64,000 bases of DNA from Paludibacteraceae bacterium (GTDB taxonomy: Bacteria > Bacteroidota > Bacteroidia > Bacteroidales > Paludibacteraceae), in the NCBI GenBank assembly GCA_017461505.1, contig JAFTXV010000004.1, forward strand, positions 13,490 to 77,489, given 5' to 3'. The position numbers and the translations under genes are program-made. Positions within the stretch are counted from its first letter, which is position 1. Each line of letters starts with the position of its first letter. Below the pieces are notes generated by a model, which searched no databases, had not been told where the DNA came from, and saw only the letters and a program-made list of their open reading frames with translations. Shown here piece after piece: positions 61,407 through 64,000 of this stretch.

Positions 61407-62957
61407 TTAATTTAATTCTATTGGCAAACCGCGAAGTTGAATTTCTTTACCATCGGGTCCTTTTGCCTTAATATACATCAAGTTTATAGTGTTACCTTGT
61501 TTAAGTTTCTTAATAGCCGCTAGGGTCTTATTATCAAAACGGTCTCCTTTGACTGATAACGAAGCGCCAGTTGGTAATTTCACTTGGAAACCAACAATAT
61601 CAAATTTGGCTTGGATCAAACCATCTGCACCATACGAAGCTACAATTCTATTTTTTGGATTAATCAACTGAGCACGTGGAATACGCATCTCCTCTGTTGG
61701 AACACCATTAATCTCAAAATAAGCATCTGGACGAGGTAAGTTTTTCACACGATATGTATGTGAACCCATCAACATATCCTTATCGTTGACACGTGCATAG
61801 ACTTCTATATTCAACTGATCTGACGAATTTGCTCGTGGTTTGATAATCCACAATCCATTCTTGGTCGTAATATCAGCTTGATTACATTTTACAACCAATG
61901 AGTGGCTACTCACACCAGGTACCGATATAGAGAATGGGTTGTCGTATCCTCTATACATGATATTCAAATCCATATTAGACACCGTTGCACTAGGCTCACC
62001 TACTGTATAAGAGCGCTCAAAATCAATATATTGCATCACGCCTTGTTGATCCATGTAACCAATCTTTCCTGTCAACTTTTGTGGGCCAACCGTTGTTGCG
62101 ACAATTTCGTACACGCCATTACTTTGCAACTTCTGACCATTCACATAGTACTCTGGGGCACGAGTTGAGTCAATGGCAGCCAAAATAATCTGAGCGGTAA
62201 ATTTATTACCTTTCACTACATAATCCGCAGAAGGGATCACATAGGCACTGAACTTATTAACGCGTAAGTCGGTTGCGTCGGTTTGCTCCAACAAATAACG
62301 TACTGCACGCCCCTCACAACGAAGGATATCGTTTTGCAACTTAGTCAATACCGTAAGACACGCACACATTGGCATCTCATTGAACAATGTATTCTCCCAA
62401 GAAATTGAATCACCAGAGGTATTCACACCACGAGGAGTAACAAAGGTTCTATTAAATTCTGCATCCAACACTGGGCTATGTCCTGTGATATCAACCATAA
62501 ACTCGCGATAGGCATTAATCTTGTCTTTCAAGATGAGTGCATGCCTTTCGTTGATAGCATATTGGTGGGGAACGTTGGTATCATCCTGCTTTTTCACGTC
62601 ACGAACACGTGCGTTGGTTTTTGCATCTTTACCATCAGCAAAGAGCACCATCTCATCCTTGAAATTTTGCACATAAGCGTAGAATTCTTCCGATGATTGC
62701 TTCACCAACATCGCTTTGTCATACCATTCTTGAGTTTTCTCTGGATTTTGCTCCAAAGCAGCGTTGAATTGCGAGTAAATATCAAGGTTACTTTCGTTGA
62801 TAGTTGCAATCGTCTCATGCAAACTATCATCCACCTGAGTATAACCATTCAAGATGGCTGCACTGACGTTGAGCGCCAACATGGCGGTCAACACCAAGTA
62901 CATCATACTAATCATTTTTTGTCTCGGTGTTTCCGGACAATTCTTTGCTCCACCCAT
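61407..62957 (-). CDS. gldM: Type IX secretion system motor/stator-associated protein GldM/PorM
   Basis: 516 aa. It has the canonical N-terminus PRQKMISMMYLVLTAMLALNVS. Confidence 0.88.
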   Translation of the reverse strand: MGGAKNCPETPRQKMISMMYLVLTAMLALNVSAAILNGYTQVDDSLHETIATINESNLDIYSQFNAALEQNPEKTQEWYDKAMLVKQSSEEFYAYVQNFKDEMVLFADGKDAKTNARVRDVKKQDDTNVPHQYAINERHALILKDKINAYREFMVDITGHSPVLDAEFNRTFVTPRGVNTSGDSISWENTLFNEMPMCACLTVLTKLQNDILRCEGRAVRYLLEQTDATDLRVNKFSAYVIPSADYVVKGNKFTAQIILAAIDSTRAPEYYVNGQKLQSNGVYEIVATTVGPQKLTGKIGYMDQQGVMQYIDFERSYTVGEPSATVSNMDLNIMYRGYDNPFSISVPGVSSHSLVVKCNQADITTKNGLWIIKPRANSSDQLNIEVYARVNDKDMLMGSHTYRVKNLPRPDAYFEINGVPTEEMRIPRAQLINPKNRIVASYGADGLIQAKFDIVGFQVKLPTGASLSVKGDRFDNKTLAAIKKLKQGNTINLMYIKAKGPDGKEIQLRGLPIELN

Positions 62958-62992
62958 ATATTATATATAATAAGGTATAAAGACTACTATCA

Positions 62993-63916
62993 TCAAGATA
63001 GTGCGTTCAACATATTTCCATATACTTTATTCAAGTCTGCCACTTGATTTGCCAATTGCTTAGCTCCAGCAGCATACGCCTCTTGGCTCTTCTTAGCAGT
63101 TTCTGCCACATCTATCATAGCTTTCACATTTGCTGAGAGAGCCTCCACTTGAGCAGTAGCACCTACCACCTTTTCGGTCTGAGCCTTATATGCATCTACC
63201 TGTGATTGCAATGATTTCAGTTGCAATTCATATACGCTATTCAAAGTATTCAACTGCGCAGAAATTGCTTTTACTTGATTCTCGTAAGCCTTAGTACCTG
63301 CTGCTACTTTCTGCATATCAGCATTCACCTGAGCATAAGTAGCGGTCAACTCACTACCTTTTTCTCCGATAGCTTTACCTGCTACTACAAATTGCTCTGC
63401 GGCAACGCCTGCTGCATCCAATTTCTCATTCAACTTGTTAGTTGCTACAGCCACTGTACCCAACTCGCTCAATTGATTAGCTGTCTTGCTCAAATTGGCT
63501 ATACCCACTTTCAATGCCTCTACGGCTTTTTCATCTATCACAGGAACATTCGCTGATTGTTTACCACCTTCTGCTCCAGCTCCCAACAAAGTTGGACGTG
63601 GACGAGATTGCAACTCTTCCAACAATTGAGGCTCAGTGCCATACTCCATCAATTGTGGGAAAACGTTCTCCCAGTGAAAATCAGCATGAGGCTTATCTAA
63701 GCAACCGATAGCGAACAACAGTGCCTCGATACCCATACCAACGGTCAACATAATACCAGCACCAGGGAAGTGCATAATCTTAAATAATGCACCTACGATT
63801 ACCACCGAAGCACCCAATGAATATACTGCTCCTACCACTTTCTTACCTTGATAGGACTCATACCAGTGCATGAACTTTGCCCATGCACCTTTCTTAACTG
63901 TTTCTTGTGAACTCAT
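62993..63916 (-). CDS. gldL: Type IX secretion system motor protein GldL/PorL
   Basis: 307 aa. Two N-terminal TM helices (GASVVIVGALFKIMHFPGAG and EALLFAIG) are followed by a long coiled cytoplasmic tail. Confidence 0.85.
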   Translation of the reverse strand: MSSQETVKKGAWAKFMHWYESYQGKKVVGAVYSLGASVVIVGALFKIMHFPGAGIMLTVGMGIEALLFAIGCLDKPHADFHWENVFPQLMEYGTEPQLLEELQSRPRPTLLGAGAEGGKQSANVPVIDEKAVEALKVGIANLSKTANQLSELGTVAVATNKLNEKLDAAGVAAEQFVVAGKAIGEKGSELTATYAQVNADMQKVAAGTKAYENQVKAISAQLNTLNSVYELQLKSLQSQVDAYKAQTEKVVGATAQVEALSANVKAMIDVAETAKKSQEAYAAGAKQLANQVADLNKVYGNMLNALS

Positions 63917-63943
63917 ATCTTTATCTTTTTATTTTCAATCAGT

Positions 63944-64000
63944 TTATTTTTCTCCAATATGTGAACGAACACAACGGAAGCCGATATAAGAACGACATTC
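63944..64000 (-). CDS. gldK: GldK/PorK C-terminal fragment (5' part outside the window)
   Basis: The minus strand reads ...ECRSYIGFRCVRSHIGEK*. IGFRCV is the typical end of the FGE-sulfatase-like fold of GldK. It lies upstream of gldL. Confidence 0.55.
   Translation of the reverse strand, partial: ECRSYIGFRCVRSHIGEK

Overview
The window looks like a core chromosomal segment of a Bacteroidales genome, probably Prevotellaceae-like. Three observations support this. At least 14 promoters match the Bacteroidetes TTTG-N20-TAnnTTTG consensus. There is a SusC/SusD pair. The type IX secretion core genes gldK/L/M/N are present.

About 57 CDS are supportable, most of them housekeeping genes:
- Start of the dcw cluster: mraZ-rsmH-ftsL-like.
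- DUF59-lpxH-mazG, tRNA-Leu(TAG) and an M16 peptidase.
- A SusC/SusD locus with a Big_2 lipoprotein and a secreted M6 (InhA-like) metalloprotease.
- A cobalamin-riboswitch-controlled btuB / btuG-like / lipoprotein / btuFCD operon.
- rpsO and murF.
- A gtrA / GT2 / GT-C / glf glycan-modification operon.
- An outer-membrane biogenesis operon: two beta-barrel paralogues, uppS, bamA and two ompH genes.
- radA-rnz-dnaQ-like-dnaN, murI, pgm, a DUF4954 protein and polA-ung-queA-truB-uppP-DUF3098-ftsX.

I found no transposase, integrase, prophage, CRISPR array or recognisable defence genes.

The most unusual signals are at the DNA level:
1. A family of about 35-40 bp GC-rich hairpin/G-run micro-elements sits in-frame inside four conserved enzymes (rsmH, M16 peptidase, murI, polA).
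2. Degenerate short tandem repeat arrays are common. Several have an 11-bp (helical) period in intergenic DNA. Others have non-triplet periods and are embedded in-frame in btuB and neighbouring genes.
3. A vocabulary of T-tract heptamer words flanks murF and fills a 580-bp gene-free spacer.

At the gene level there are three main candidates:
- The Gtr-like plus Glf operon, which may make and use a lipid-linked galactofuranose donor. It is preceded by a structured leader of about 290 nt.
- A PolA in which the 3'-5' exonuclease domain is reduced to a short low-complexity linker.
- A protease-linked SusCD locus.

All functional interpretations are inferences from motifs I could read by eye. No database search or computation was run.
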